Assembly: GCA_000934665.2 (NCBI GenBank)
Contig: JYFJ02004266.1
Coordinates: forward strand, 1 to 33,471
Direction: 5' to 3'
Source of the DNA: Catajapyx aquilonaris
Lineage: Eukaryota
Length of the DNA: 33,471 nucleotides
Part shown: positions 21,391-33,227 of the stretch, in pieces
Position numbering within the stretch: position 1 is the stretch's first letter
Layout of the letters: the number at the start of each line of letters is the position of its first letter
Program-made: the position numbers and the translations under genes
The notes under the pieces: model-generated
Told to the model about the DNA's origin: nothing
The model's database searches: none
The model's input: only the letters and a program-made list of their open reading frames with translations

Positions 21391-23301
21391 ATCGAAAAAA
21401 AAGAAGAAAAAAAGAAAAATGGAAAAAAGCGCTCTATAACTATAATCGAAAATTTAAAAATTTACGATTGGAAAAATGTTCATACTGTGTTTCACATCAT
21501 TTATATATTAAAAAATTTAATAACCATTTCGATTTGATGTAATTCGATTGGCAGCGTGACCAGCCCAGCTACTAATATTCATTAAAGCTGCTACTCCTTA
21601 CATGAAAAATAACTGTTAGTACCTCAGCCGCTACTTATATTAGCTGTCCATATGGTTCAAAAAGAAGAAGAAGAAGAAGAAAAAAATGTAGATAATGTGA
21701 ACAATATTTTCCCTACCTTCCCATGTGTCCTTTTGACTGCCCCTTTAGAATTTTATCGCTATCCAACACGACCCTTGATGAGCAGTCGTCAGTGAATTGT
21801 TCGACCGAGTGGACGTGCTGCTAGAATATGGATTGTTGCAGCATGGCTAAACTGTTTTAATTACAAGCAGGAAGGTAATTATTATTGAGCTGGTTTATTC
21901 TGGGCATTAATCATTTCAGAAAGATGTGACCTTGAGCCTGACTTTTTTGGGGGGGAGTCTTGCGTCACAAACTGGACCTTGATATGATGTGGCAAAGTGA
22001 AGAAAATGAATTTGGTTGAGCTAGATTGGATTATTGCAGAATTTTCTTAATCAAGTAAGGGTTCCTAATTGTAATCATATTGTTCTTCATGACGCAATAG
22101 TCATATTGGGCACCACAAAGCCATTGAGCCCCCACAGCCTGATGTCCCCCCATATTACAATTATTATTTCAAGTATAACCCGAGGCCTTGAAGAATCTCC
22201 CATAATTTCAGTTATCGTATAATATGACAATGGTACGTTGCGGATGTGCAATTTTTGCGTCACATGTTCGCTGATAATAATTTTAATATACCGGTAATTA
22301 TTATATGGGTATGCATGATTCATCATTGTAATCAAATCATGTGAGTTATTTCCACATCGTGCAATCAGCATGAATTTGATTTAACTATTAGATTAAGCGA
22401 ACAATGTGCTTCTCAAATATTTTGCTGCGTTATCATGAGAGTTGAAGGAAAAAATTCTGGCGGGTTTCTAAAGCTAAAGTGTCATAAAGAGGCAATGATC
22501 ACCCTCAACGACAGTTGAAGTATTACGCTCATGTGACCCTATCCTCATTACACTTTGCAGATGATATTGCACCTGATTGGTCTCCGGACACCACCGACGC
22601 ATCCACCTGAATATGCCAAGTGAAGAACGATGATGGCCTCATCCCAAGCAACTTCTGTAATCAAGTGATGCTATAGCTGGTGTCATATTCAGATGCCTCA
22701 AGCCTTCTACAAGTACTACCTATCATGACAGACCAGACGTGGACATGGTAAGCATTACTCTTGTGCAGTACCTCATGTGTTGAAGTGCCGAAGCTATTCA
22801 TATGTTAGGCAATTAATCTGGAAGCCAGATGATATTGGATACTGTCAATGCAAACAGTAGCTTTTTGAAGGATTGATCAAAGTACAAGTAGTTCCAAATG
22901 TTAACTCCATAAACAGAGATGGGCATCACATCACACATTTTAATATGGATTAACTAGAATTGTATTCATTTATCAGTCTTCTCCAGGCCTATTTGTTTTT
23001 CTTCGGAAATTTTCCAGTCCAATTTTCCTATTGGCTGTTATTTCCATTCCATTCACTTTACCTAAAACAATTCATTCAAAAATTAATTCCATCTTGAAAT
23101 GAATGGTGTCTATAACTGTCCGTGACAGAAAAGGGTTGCCACTTATGGACAAAAAGGATTGAGCATGGTCGAGTTACAGTGTCTGGCAATTCAGTGACAT
23201 TTTCGGTTGATCTGTTGAAGGCTAAGGGGAGAGAGGCGTGAGGTCTTTCCTACTCGCAGTGTTGGGCATGGCTAAACTGTTAAGAGCACAAGGGTATCAT
23301 T

Positions 23302-23443
23302 GGGGCCGTGCAGACGGGCCAAGCTTAGCTGCGACTGGCCGCGGCCGCGACGGTTCACACCTAGCGGCCCCTTAGCAACGCCACGGCCAGGCCACGGGCC
23401 AACTTCCTGGAAGTTGGCCAGGGCCGCAGCCAAGCTTGGCCCC
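23302..23443. mobile_element. GC-rich palindromic MITE-like insertion present only in duplicate copy B
   Basis: GGGCCAAGCTTAGCTGCG vs CGCAGCCAAGCTTGGCCC inverted arms; absent from the aligned position of copy A (~21870-21893). Confidence 0.7.
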
Positions 23444-24109
23444 TTTATTTCATTTATTCTGGGCATTAATTGCATAATCAGTTCAGAAAGATGTGACCTT
23501 GAGGCTGCATTTTTTTTTTTTTTTGTGTGTGTTTTTTTATTTGGGTTGCCAGACACATGGACGATTGGGCAAGTCAAGAAAATGGGTTCGGTTGAGCATG
23601 ATTGGATTGTTGCAGAATTTTCTTCATCAAATAAGTATTCCTAATTATTTTGTTCTTAATGCTCTTAATAAGTTGCAATGGTTATATTTGGTACCTCAAA
23701 GCTCATAGCAACCATATAATTGTTCAAAATAATGAGAAATAGATGAGGACTGAAACTCAGTTTATGCATGTCTGTCATCTGTACAGAGATAATATCAAGG
23801 CTTGTGAAAGTGATGGAGAGCTTTCAAATTGTTTCCCATTTCAAATTCCACCAGAGGCCACTAAGCACCTTCCATAATATCAATTGAGAAGTGTGGTGGA
23901 AAAAGTTGATAACCCACAAAAGTCTAATTATCCAGGAGAGCTAATCGAAGTTTATTGCATTCTCTTCATAGGGGATGCCGGTTTTGATCTAGTCCGTGTT
24001 GCTGTATCATACATGATACGTGAACTTGGAGTACTCTGCCTGTCAGATGTCTGAGCACACACCCTCCCAAATACTGGAATTCAATGAACTGTTGTGGGGG
24101 GTCTGCATG

Positions 24110-24495
24110 ATGCTGGTCGCAGCCCCTTCTTCCACTCATCTTCTGTTCCTAGGCCCACTTTAGCTTCTTTGCTATGTTGGCCTTCCTCAGAAAAAGCTTC
24201 CTGGTTGCTACCCTACCAACAAGACCAGCATCAATGCAACGTGCAGACCCCCCCACCACAGTTCATTGAGACACTGCGGATTTGCCCATCTTGCATTGAG
24301 TTCCCCTGCAATGTCGTTTGATGTGAACTTTCTGTTTCTCTTGGACTGGATCACTATTAAGTTGTCCTCGGGTTGGGAGGTTGGGGGCAGCACTCCTTGT
24401 TTTCGTGAGCAGGTTTTGAAGCAGGCCCAAACAGAAATCTTCAGTGTCTTTGCTATGGCTCTTAATGACAGCTTCATTTCTCGTATCACACACCA
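24110..24495 (-). pseudogene. Tc1/mariner transposase remnant (N-terminal HTH region), with frameshift and stop
   Basis: LSLRAIAKTLKIS...EDNLIVIQSKRNRKFTSNDIAGELN, then in a shifted frame IDAGLVGRVATRKLFLRKANIAKKLKWA*E, matching the Tc1 HTH/'GL.GR.A.KKP.L...N...RL.WA' pattern. Confidence 0.8.
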
Positions 24496-26454
24496 CTTGC
24501 TACCTTGTTTATGTGCTCCAATCCAATTGGTGACAATTGGTTGGCACCATCATTGCAGAAGTGATCAAAACCTGTCTCGGACTGCACTCCGCAGAATGAT
24601 GTGCTCATGTCCATTGCTGCTGCAGTATGTGTGTGGTGCCAGCCCATAATTATCCTTCAATAGTATGTGTGTGGTTTGTGTTCTCATACATGCTGTAACT
24701 AGTAAATGTGTTGCCCAACTACAGAAACCTTGCTCACCAGAAAAATGAAGTCACATAATGCACAGGCACCACACTGCGTAATCTTCACTCAGATGTGCCA
24801 TTTTTACCAGTTGATCGTGTTTTTTGACTTTGGAAATGGTGCAACTGGTCCAATTGTGCCTATATTGCGTGATTCACCATTGTAATAAGATCGTTTGAGG
24901 TATTTCCACATTGTGCAACCAGCATGAAATTGATTGAATATTTGGTTTAGTGAACAGTGTGCTGCTCAAATATTTGGCTGCCATTTGCCATTATCATAAA
25001 AGCTGAAGTAAAAAATTCTGCCAGGTTTCTAAATGTGAAAAATGGTAAATTCTTAACTTTCAAGGTCTACCACTCAGAGGACAGATATTCAAAGACTCAC
25101 TTTCATTTTTTCTTCTTCATATTATAATTATTGTGATAATTATAATACTTTTCCAAATTGCTGTTGCAACTTTATTGACTAAGCTGCTTATTATTAGCTG
25201 TTATTAGGCAGCTACTCTTGCATAGTTGCTCTTAATGGTTACAAAAAGTATTGGCTGCTAATATTAAACCGAACTGCATCACATATTATATCCAAGCAAT
25301 GCATTTTGGATTGCAAAATGTCTCAATGCAACAAATTGACATCAACCATAAAATAATGATGGTTTAAATTTTTGCAGGCTTTACTCAAAGCTCCAACGCA
25401 CCACCAGTGATTCGTCTAGAGTCTAGACCATCATCCAGACACAGTGGCCCAGAAGGAGTGGCGGGTGACTCATTCCGCGAGGGTTGTGTGGCCACCCAGG
25501 AAGACATGCCACCTGAGCATCATGGACTATTTAAAGTAAATAGTATTTTCTCTTACTTGATGTAATATTGATATTACTCGCATGTGACCTATGCTCAGTA
25601 CACTTTGCAGATGACACCTAATTAGTGTCCAGACACCACCGCTGCATCCACCTGGATCTTTCCAGCCAAGAACCACAATTTCCCCATCCAAATCGCCTTC
25701 TGTAATCAAGCGATGTGTGCTGTTGTCATCAGATGAATCAAACCTTATTCAGTTGCCATCTACTATCTTGGTAGACCAGACATGGTAAGCATTACCCTTC
25801 TACACCATAACATTATTATTCACAGGTGTGAATAACCCCAACTTGACGAGCAATGTTTTACGCAATAAAAGTAATTATTTTTAAATGAAAATTATCGGCT
25901 GACAGACATTGGATGTGTCTTTTCAGTTCTTACGCAATCATTGGACCTACTTTGAAAATACCTGGATTCATTGCTTTTCATTTCCCATTCATGAATCCAT
26001 TCATTTCAGGTCACCAGAGCCAATTAAAGGTTCTTGGATACATCTGATTATGTTGAAATTGTATTTATGGCCATAAGTGACAACATTGCAGGATTTGAAG
26101 TTCAGGAGTTGTTTGCTTATTACAAACCATTAAGTGTTGGCCAGCATGTCATCTACAGTGTAGCCTCCCATTGTATTTCCAGTAAATTCGATTTTTTCTG
26201 CAGTGAATAATTTAGGCTATCTTCCCAAAATTAAGTCATAACCAAAATTCTTTATTTTAGATGGAGCAGCAATCAGAAGAGCACCTATATTATTGTGGAC
26301 ATCTTTATTCCACCTGGAAAGGATGAAGCAGCCTGATGCATAACTGTTCTTTTGAACAGCAGTCAGAACAACTGTTATTTTGGACATCTTTATTGCTACC
26401 TTTGTACAGTGTATATTGGCTGTAAGAAATAAAGATACAATGCATCGATGTCTC

Positions 26455-26645
26455 TCCCCTCCACCTGCTGATGGGTGGGGAGAGGCTTTGATGGATGGGG
26501 CCCATGGGCAATGTAAGCTACGTTGGGTCCCCTATCCTCCCAGGGCTTGCCCTGGGGGGATAGGGCAACGTAGCTTACATTGTCCCACATGCACCCCCGT
26601 CCATCCAAGCCTCCCCCAACCAACAGCAGGCAGAGGTGGCAGGGA
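26455..26645. repeat. ~190-nt fold-back hairpin with 4-nt loop
   Basis: CAATGTAAGCTACGTTG / CAACGTAGCTTACATTG perfect 17 bp; inner CCCTATCCTCCCAGGG-CTTG-CCCTGGGGGGATAGGG; outer arms continue imperfectly to CCACCT / AGGTGG. Confidence 0.85.
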
Positions 26646-27764
26646 CCAAGGCACTGGAGTGAACGAATGAGAGACTCTCACTGGACTCTGAAAAAAGTTT
26701 ACAGGAAAAAAGGGGAGGAGTCAACAAGACAGGCTCCGCGCCAGCGGACTTTGCGAATGCAGGGCGGCCGGGGCCGCCCTAAATTACGCCCGGACGACCC
26801 CGGCCTTTTTTTCGACGACTAAACTACGATTTTTTTCAGCCTTCAAGTTTTCCCCCCGTCGAAGGGGGGAAGCCTAAATGCAGGAGGTCAATCATCCTCC
26901 TTTCAACATCATGTGTCAATTATTATTAGCACATGATACCAAAAAGGGGAAGATTTGTAGGGGGGTAAAAGGTGGGAGAGGATGCTGCTGATGACTGGCA
27001 CCATCTGGAAAAAGAAGACAAAGGGGCAGAAATAGGGACACAATAAGAAAAATGATCATCATCAGTCAGGACTGGCTTCCAGGATGCACCATCTCAGCAG
27101 CAGGCTGCAAATTACTTGACCTGAAAAGAGAACAAAAATTAACCAATTCGAAAACATGCAATAATTAGAAGAGAAAAAAAAACAATCCAATTGCATGGTA
27201 GGCAAAATTTGACGTTAAAAATGCTTCATAACGACACAATTGCCAACGAAGCAGATAATGGTCAAGTTGCAGATACTTCAAGACGTCTGCAGCAGAACTG
27301 GTCATTGAAAATACTGCCTATGCCTCAGGGTTTTCCAACAATGCTTTACCAGATCTACTTAATTTCAGAAAACTCAGGCTGTAAAGGCAATTTCACCTGA
27401 AAAGACTTCAAGCTCAGCACAAAAGGTTTCCCTCATTTTCCCAGAGAAAACAGGATACGTTTAGAATAATTTCATTTTATTGCTTGTCAGTTAATTAGTC
27501 ACTAGTCAACATTGCACAGGAGAAAACAAGTCAAATCCATGCAAGTGCATTGAGAGGGTGACCTTTCTCATGATACTGACCTACAGCAATGTCTCGTTAT
27601 ATATGGGCATCCTCCTTTGGCAACGACGCGACGGTCCTGGAAATCACTGCTGCTCTTCCTGTGCAAGCAAAAGAAATCTGAAAGAACAAGAATGAAAATC
27701 AAATCAGGTGAAACAGTTGGCATCCAAACTCATTTTCTAAGCCATTGTTATGCAAGACCCAACA

Positions 27765-28065
27765 TACACTGAAGTGCCAAAGTCATGTAAATTGTGGAAA
27801 TGCCCAGGTGTTGTCATGAGGCAGCATGGACGCAAGCTCATGGCACTGCTTGGTGACCACTTTCAATGTATCCCAGCCAGAAAATGAACCATTTGTCTTC
27901 AAGATCAATGTTGGCCAATAATAATGGTTCCAGCATTCTGGAGAGGTCCAAAATCCAGGCAGCTGCAGGAGGCTATCCAGATGGGCATGGCTCAGAGGTC
28001 ATTGAGTTTGCTGCACTTGGCTTGGCTAGAGGCTACCTATCCCATGACTTTGGCACTTCAGTGTA
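27765..28065 (+). mobile_element. internally deleted non-autonomous Tc1-family element (~300 bp including TA TSDs)
   Basis: Perfect 23-bp inverted match TACACTGAAGTGCCAAAGTCATG (27765-27787) / CATGACTTTGGCACTTCAGTGTA (28043-28065), i.e. TA + CACTG TIR; the interior resembles a Tc1 transposase C-terminus (PKSRQLQEAIQM..., FAALGLARGY). Confidence 0.85.
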
Positions 28066-28316
28066 ATGCAGATTCCATGAACAGATGGCACATTAATTCC
28101 GATGTTGGCCCTATTGTTCTTTAGTTACACATCACTGTTAAGTTTACATGAAATTTCTGCTGAAACTCGCCCAGATAGTTTAATTTCAGGAGATCATCAA
28201 AACAGGTGGTCAGTGATGGTCCAAGTGCCACTTCAGGCCCTATAAATTACAATTTCCTTATGACCTTTGGCATTTCAGGCAAGAACTTTTACACCTTTCT
28301 TTCAGGTCACACCCCA

Positions 28317-30154
28317 AGTCCAAGGGCACATGCGATGGAGGCAACAACTTAATGGAATGAAGGTTTCTAGACACTGAATATGAATTGCTGTGGTGTTTCC
28401 AATTGACAACTTGTGCATTAAAATGGAATCCTAGTTATCAACAGGTGCTCAATTTAAATTGATAACAAACCAGGACTGTTGAAATAGGATATGCAGAATA
28501 TTTTAAATGAGGGTTGCTGGCCATAAGCATGATGTGCCTTGAATACTGTAAAGTATTTTGACATTTGATGGTCAAAAGTGAACTCTTACGCTTTGGAAAG
28601 TCACCTGTAATCTGTACACTGGTTGAACCACCCCTGAAAAATGACATATGGCAGTGCTAATTTGTAAAAAAAAAATGCATTGGGAAAGTTAAATATGACA
28701 TAACGAGTTTAGTAGCATATTTGTTAGCCTTCTCACAATTTGTGGTGTGTTATTATTTTGTGTATTCACTGCGAGGAAATGGTTGATTTGCCAGTTAACG
28801 AGCCATGACCATAAGGGCATGTGACATGTTAAGTTTCACTTGAAGGCTTAATAATTTTGCGCGATGGAAATGGCACATACATGTTCTTTCAAGAAGTCTT
28901 CCCTAATGGCATTTTCTCGTAACTAATCTGCTTATTCTTTAGCAGTGTCTTGAGTGGCTATTTAAATCTCTCCCAATTTAATCAGGGCACCACTGTAGGC
29001 CTACTTGCTTAATGCCAGTGAAGTCCACCTAGCATGAAAATCACCTGCATGTCCATCTTACAAATATTAGTCAAAATGAATCATGTTTTAACACCTTGTG
29101 GCCCCAACATCTCTTCCATATGCCTCATTAGAATATAAATCACATAACAAATGTTACAATAATTAGACCACTTATATTTTAATGTTGCCTAGTGTAGCTG
29201 CTATCTAACCTTATCCATACTTATAATTCTAAATGCTATAATCATACAACTATACTATCTATAATTATTACTTCTAATTATAATAAATGCTATAATCACA
29301 ACTTATATTCTAATTAGGCATATGGAAGAGATGTTGGAGCTGCAAGGCGTTATTAAAAGATGATTCATTTTCTACTAATTCATATTTGTAAGATGGATAT
29401 GCAGGTGATTTTCATGCTAAGTGAACTTAACTGACATCAGGAAAGTACAGTTGTGGTGGCCGTGGTGCCCTGATTATGTTGGGAAGCGATTTAAATAGCC
29501 TCTAAAAAGACACTGCCAAATAGTAATAGGCAGATTAGTTACGAGAAAAGGCCATTAAAAGGAAGACTTTAATATTGAAAGGCTATGTGCCATTTTCATC
29601 GCAAAATTAAGCCTTCGAGTGAAACGTAACATGTCACATGCCCTTCTTGTCATTGCTCGGTTCAATAAAGTGCCTAAGTATGCTTTGCAGTGAACACAAG
29701 TAACACTCACCACATTTTGTGAGGCTGCCACCTAATAGGCAAAATGCTACTCAACTCAATTGTTGCTATCAGATTTCACGTTTTCACTGCAACTATTTTT
29801 TTCCACAAATGAGCCCTGATGCCATTTTTCAAGGGTTGTTCACCAGTGTACTACAGATTACATGCGACTTCCCAAAGCACAATTAACTTTTGACCGTCAA
29901 AATACGTTACAGTATTCAAGGCACATTATGCTTATGACCAGCAACCCTCATTTAAAATACTCTGAATATCCTATTTCAACTGTCCTTATTTTTGTGATTT
30001 AATTTCAATAAATTAATTGAGCACCTGTTGGTAACTAGGATTCATTAATATTTTAATGCACATCGTCAATCAGAACCATCACAGCAACCCATATTCAGTA
30101 TCTAGAAATTGATACCATGAATCCTGTCACCTTCATCACATGTGCCCTTGGACT
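28317..30154. repeat. large imperfect inverted repeat: arms ~28317-29138 and ~29303-30154, ~165-bp AT-rich spacer
   Basis: AGTCCAAGGGCACATG vs CATGTGCCCTTGGACT (outer ends); TTTTAAATGAGGGTTGCTGG vs CCAGCAACCCTCATTTAAAA; TTCTCGTAACTAATCTGC vs GCAGATTAGTTACGAGAA; CCAACATCTCTTCCATATGCCT vs AGGCATATGGAAGAGATGTTGG (inner ends). Confidence 0.92.
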
Positions 30155-30845
30155 CGTCTCGCCAAATCAATGCACTAGTTTGCATTGAACCTAGCTTTGC
30201 CCCGGTCAAATGTCTATGCAGCACAAGCCTCACACCAGCTCATGACATTTTCAGGGAAAGTAGGTGATTCCTAATTATTGATGCATCCATAATGAATCTG
30301 ACATGTTTGACTACTAACGTAAGTTGCCTTCAACTCAAGCTGTGCATGGATGACCCCATCAAAACCCGAGGCACCAAGAAATGAAAGAGTAACTCACCAT
30401 TTGAATGCAGCAACGTTGGTATCTGAAGTCACTCTGAGAACCACAATTGCGCTGGAGGCAGGCGATGAAATATGAGATGACCATGTCGGTTGTTGGACTG
30501 TCTCAGCGACGGGAAACTAGTTGTCCCATCACAGCAGTCCCAAGTCTCCATACTGTCCGTAGCAATGCAGATGTTTTGAGGCATCTTCTGCAATAGAGCA
30601 AATTGTATGAGATGAAAATCTCAGGCAAAAAAAGTCACTTTCAATTTACAGGGGGGAGGGGGGGGGGGCAATCAAATCATTTAATACACATCACTGTCCT
30701 CCAGTTTGCCAAAAATGGGTTGCGAAAGTTGGACCTTTCGCTCAAAAAATCTAGAGCGCAGTTATTAGCAGCCCACATTGAAATATCAATTTTTAAATAA
30801 TTTTTAATCTTTAAGGTGGTGACTGGAAAAGTCCAGAAAAATGTC

Positions 30846-30938
30846 TTCAGTGATTTATTGTCGCGTGACAGGACTTCATGAAATATTAACGTCTAATAAA
30901 AATGATCGCGTGTTCACACGGCACAATAAATCACTGAA
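30846..30938. repeat. short inverted repeat (16-bp perfect arms), MITE-like remnant
   Basis: TTCAGTGATTTATTGT / ACAATAAATCACTGAA. Confidence 0.55.
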
Positions 30939-33227
30939 TACAGCCTTTCCATAATGCCCAATTTGAGTCACATTACACAACTGAAATGTAACTAGTTAAA
31001 TTTTGACCACCCTCATCGAGTGGGGGTAAAATGGGCCAGATCGACTGAACACACAAGTTGCCAGTTTTTAGTTAAAAGACTCCGAAAAAAATTTGTGCAT
31101 ATTCTACGATCAGGGCTACTGCAAAATGTTGCGACATTCTCACATCCCAATCGCTGAAGCCATTTGACAGTGTAATTTGCAAATTAATTAAAACGTCGTT
31201 TAAAACCCTACTTTTCACCACCAAGGAAGCTTTAAATATCGGGACGAGTTTCACTATTTTGATTCAGCTACAATCTCCACTTAGAATTATTGGCAGAATG
31301 ACTGATGACCTAGGTCAGACATTCGGTTTGTCGAATTTGCATTTCAGATACTCACCAGAGTATGTTGTAATGGTCAAGCCGTGCTTCACGTTGACAACGC
31401 AGCCCCATTTTGACAGTCAGCGTCGACGAAGACGTCTGCAGCCCTCGATCCCATTGTTGGCCTTCTGTTAGTGTGCACTACCTGAAAGTATAATGCTCAA
31501 TATAATACATGCTGCTGGTTCAATGGCATAGTGCGTTGCTCGCACTTGAACAATGCATGGAATACCAGACAGCAATTACGAATGCTTACCAATATGGTGT
31601 AGACTGTAGATCCATGCCAACCAGGAGCTGTCGAACCTTCTCGTTGCAAGTTCAGGCAGAGAAAGAGGTGGTACAGGTCAGCTCCAAGTTTCTCCTCACC
31701 CCCCAATTCCCCTGGTGGCATGTCTCCGAGAAGCGTTATCAGTAAAATGCATAGATTGGAACTAGCACAGTCCGATGCACGTGCCTATACGAATTCCCAT
31801 CATGCAGCAGGATTCTCTGGTTGTTACTTGCGTTGTTATCAGAAGCAGTATATCAGAATGAAGACAATGTAATCTGCATATTGAGCGAAGGTTATCTTTC
31901 GTCACAGAGGAATCATGCAGGGCATATAGCCGATTGCCTATATTACTTCTGGACATATTTTATTAACCATGTTTAACTTGCACGTCCATTTTTAATTTAT
32001 TGATCCAGTGATAGATTGATATATTGTGGAGTGTGTATTCTTACAGCTACGTCATACACAGATGATACCCAATGGTCAACACTGGGAACATTTAACCCCC
32101 TCCTCAAAAATACTCGGCCTGATGACATTCTTATAAGCCCTCTTCATGGCATCGTTAATTAGGCTACTTTTCATGCAGACGATAATCAAGTTGATGGGAC
32201 AGTCACGTTTGCGACATAACAGGTGCCAACCAGCTTGAATGTAAAATGTCTTATCTTTTTGATACATAATAATTGTCATCCATTAACTATAATTAATAGT
32301 TTATTAGAAATAAAAATAGTTATGGTTGATATGGATTACAGCAGATTTTATCAAATTAGCTTGTAATAACTTGAACGCGTAGTCCTATACTTGAGCTCGG
32401 TATACACAAAAACTTCACATCATATAAACATTGCGAGATGCACAGAAGGTGATGCATCTTCGGCAATATGCAATTATATAATTATGTAGTTGTGGCATTG
32501 AGTCCATCTATAAATCTATAAATAAAATGAAATTTGATGTCCTTTTCAGTAGACAGCTTGCAACCATTTAACAATCCTCATATCGTATAATTTCTGTAAA
32601 ATAGTAAATAAATGCTATAGCATGCTCTTATAGTGCCAACTGTATACCAATAACCAATATTTCTTTCTTTTGCACAAGTTTATTATCAGTATAAGAACAA
32701 GATTGATGTTAATGTTGCAGATTGGCCCATGAGGTGCTCATCATCTGACCAGGTTGTAACTCTGATAAATATAACTTACAGATGAAATATCCCACCATAT
32801 TAAGGAATTTGAGGGCTTTTGGTAGAAATTCCTCAATTCAGGTCAATAAAATATCACGCCTTATTTTTCCACATTAACTAATAATTATTGTGACCGACAA
32901 GGCACCAATTTGAGGCTTGACTGCTTGAAGTCCTTGACGTTCATTATTAAAAGACTGTCTAACGATCAGTTATATCTCGTTTTACTTGCAGACGTACGTC
33001 CATTCGACTGATATATAATTATACAGTACAAAAGATACAGAGTGAAAGATAGTGTCAGTTTGACGGTGGTTTGACGCCTTGGAACTGACTTTGTGTGAGA
33101 CAATACAGAATTTTCGGACGACATCGGAGTCGATAAAATGCGACGTACAGTATATAGATAATTATTGTGTAAGTTACATATAGTTGTAGACTTGTAGTAC
33201 AGTAGGTCTACTGAAGTTGGTGAGACC

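Larger units (their letters stand above)
21841..25797 (+). repeat. degenerate tandem segmental duplication (copy A ~21841-22760+; copy B ~23266-25797, expanded by insertions)
   Basis: Colinear shared blocks: GCATGGCTAAACTGTT (21841/23266); TTTATTCTGGGCATTAAT..TTCAGAAAGATGTGACCTTGAG; TATTTCCACAT..GCAA.CAGCATGAA (~22346/24901); CACTTTGCAG..CATGGTAAGCATTAC (22551-22757/25601-25795). Confidence 0.8.

Noticed and set aside
26761..26880. Two small GC hairpins (AGGGCGGCC/GGCCGCCCT; TCCCCCC/GGGGGGA) resembling a Helitron end or a bacterial terminator
   Set aside because: No canonical CTAG-T terminus and no matching 5' TC end identified; rho-independent terminators do not apply here.
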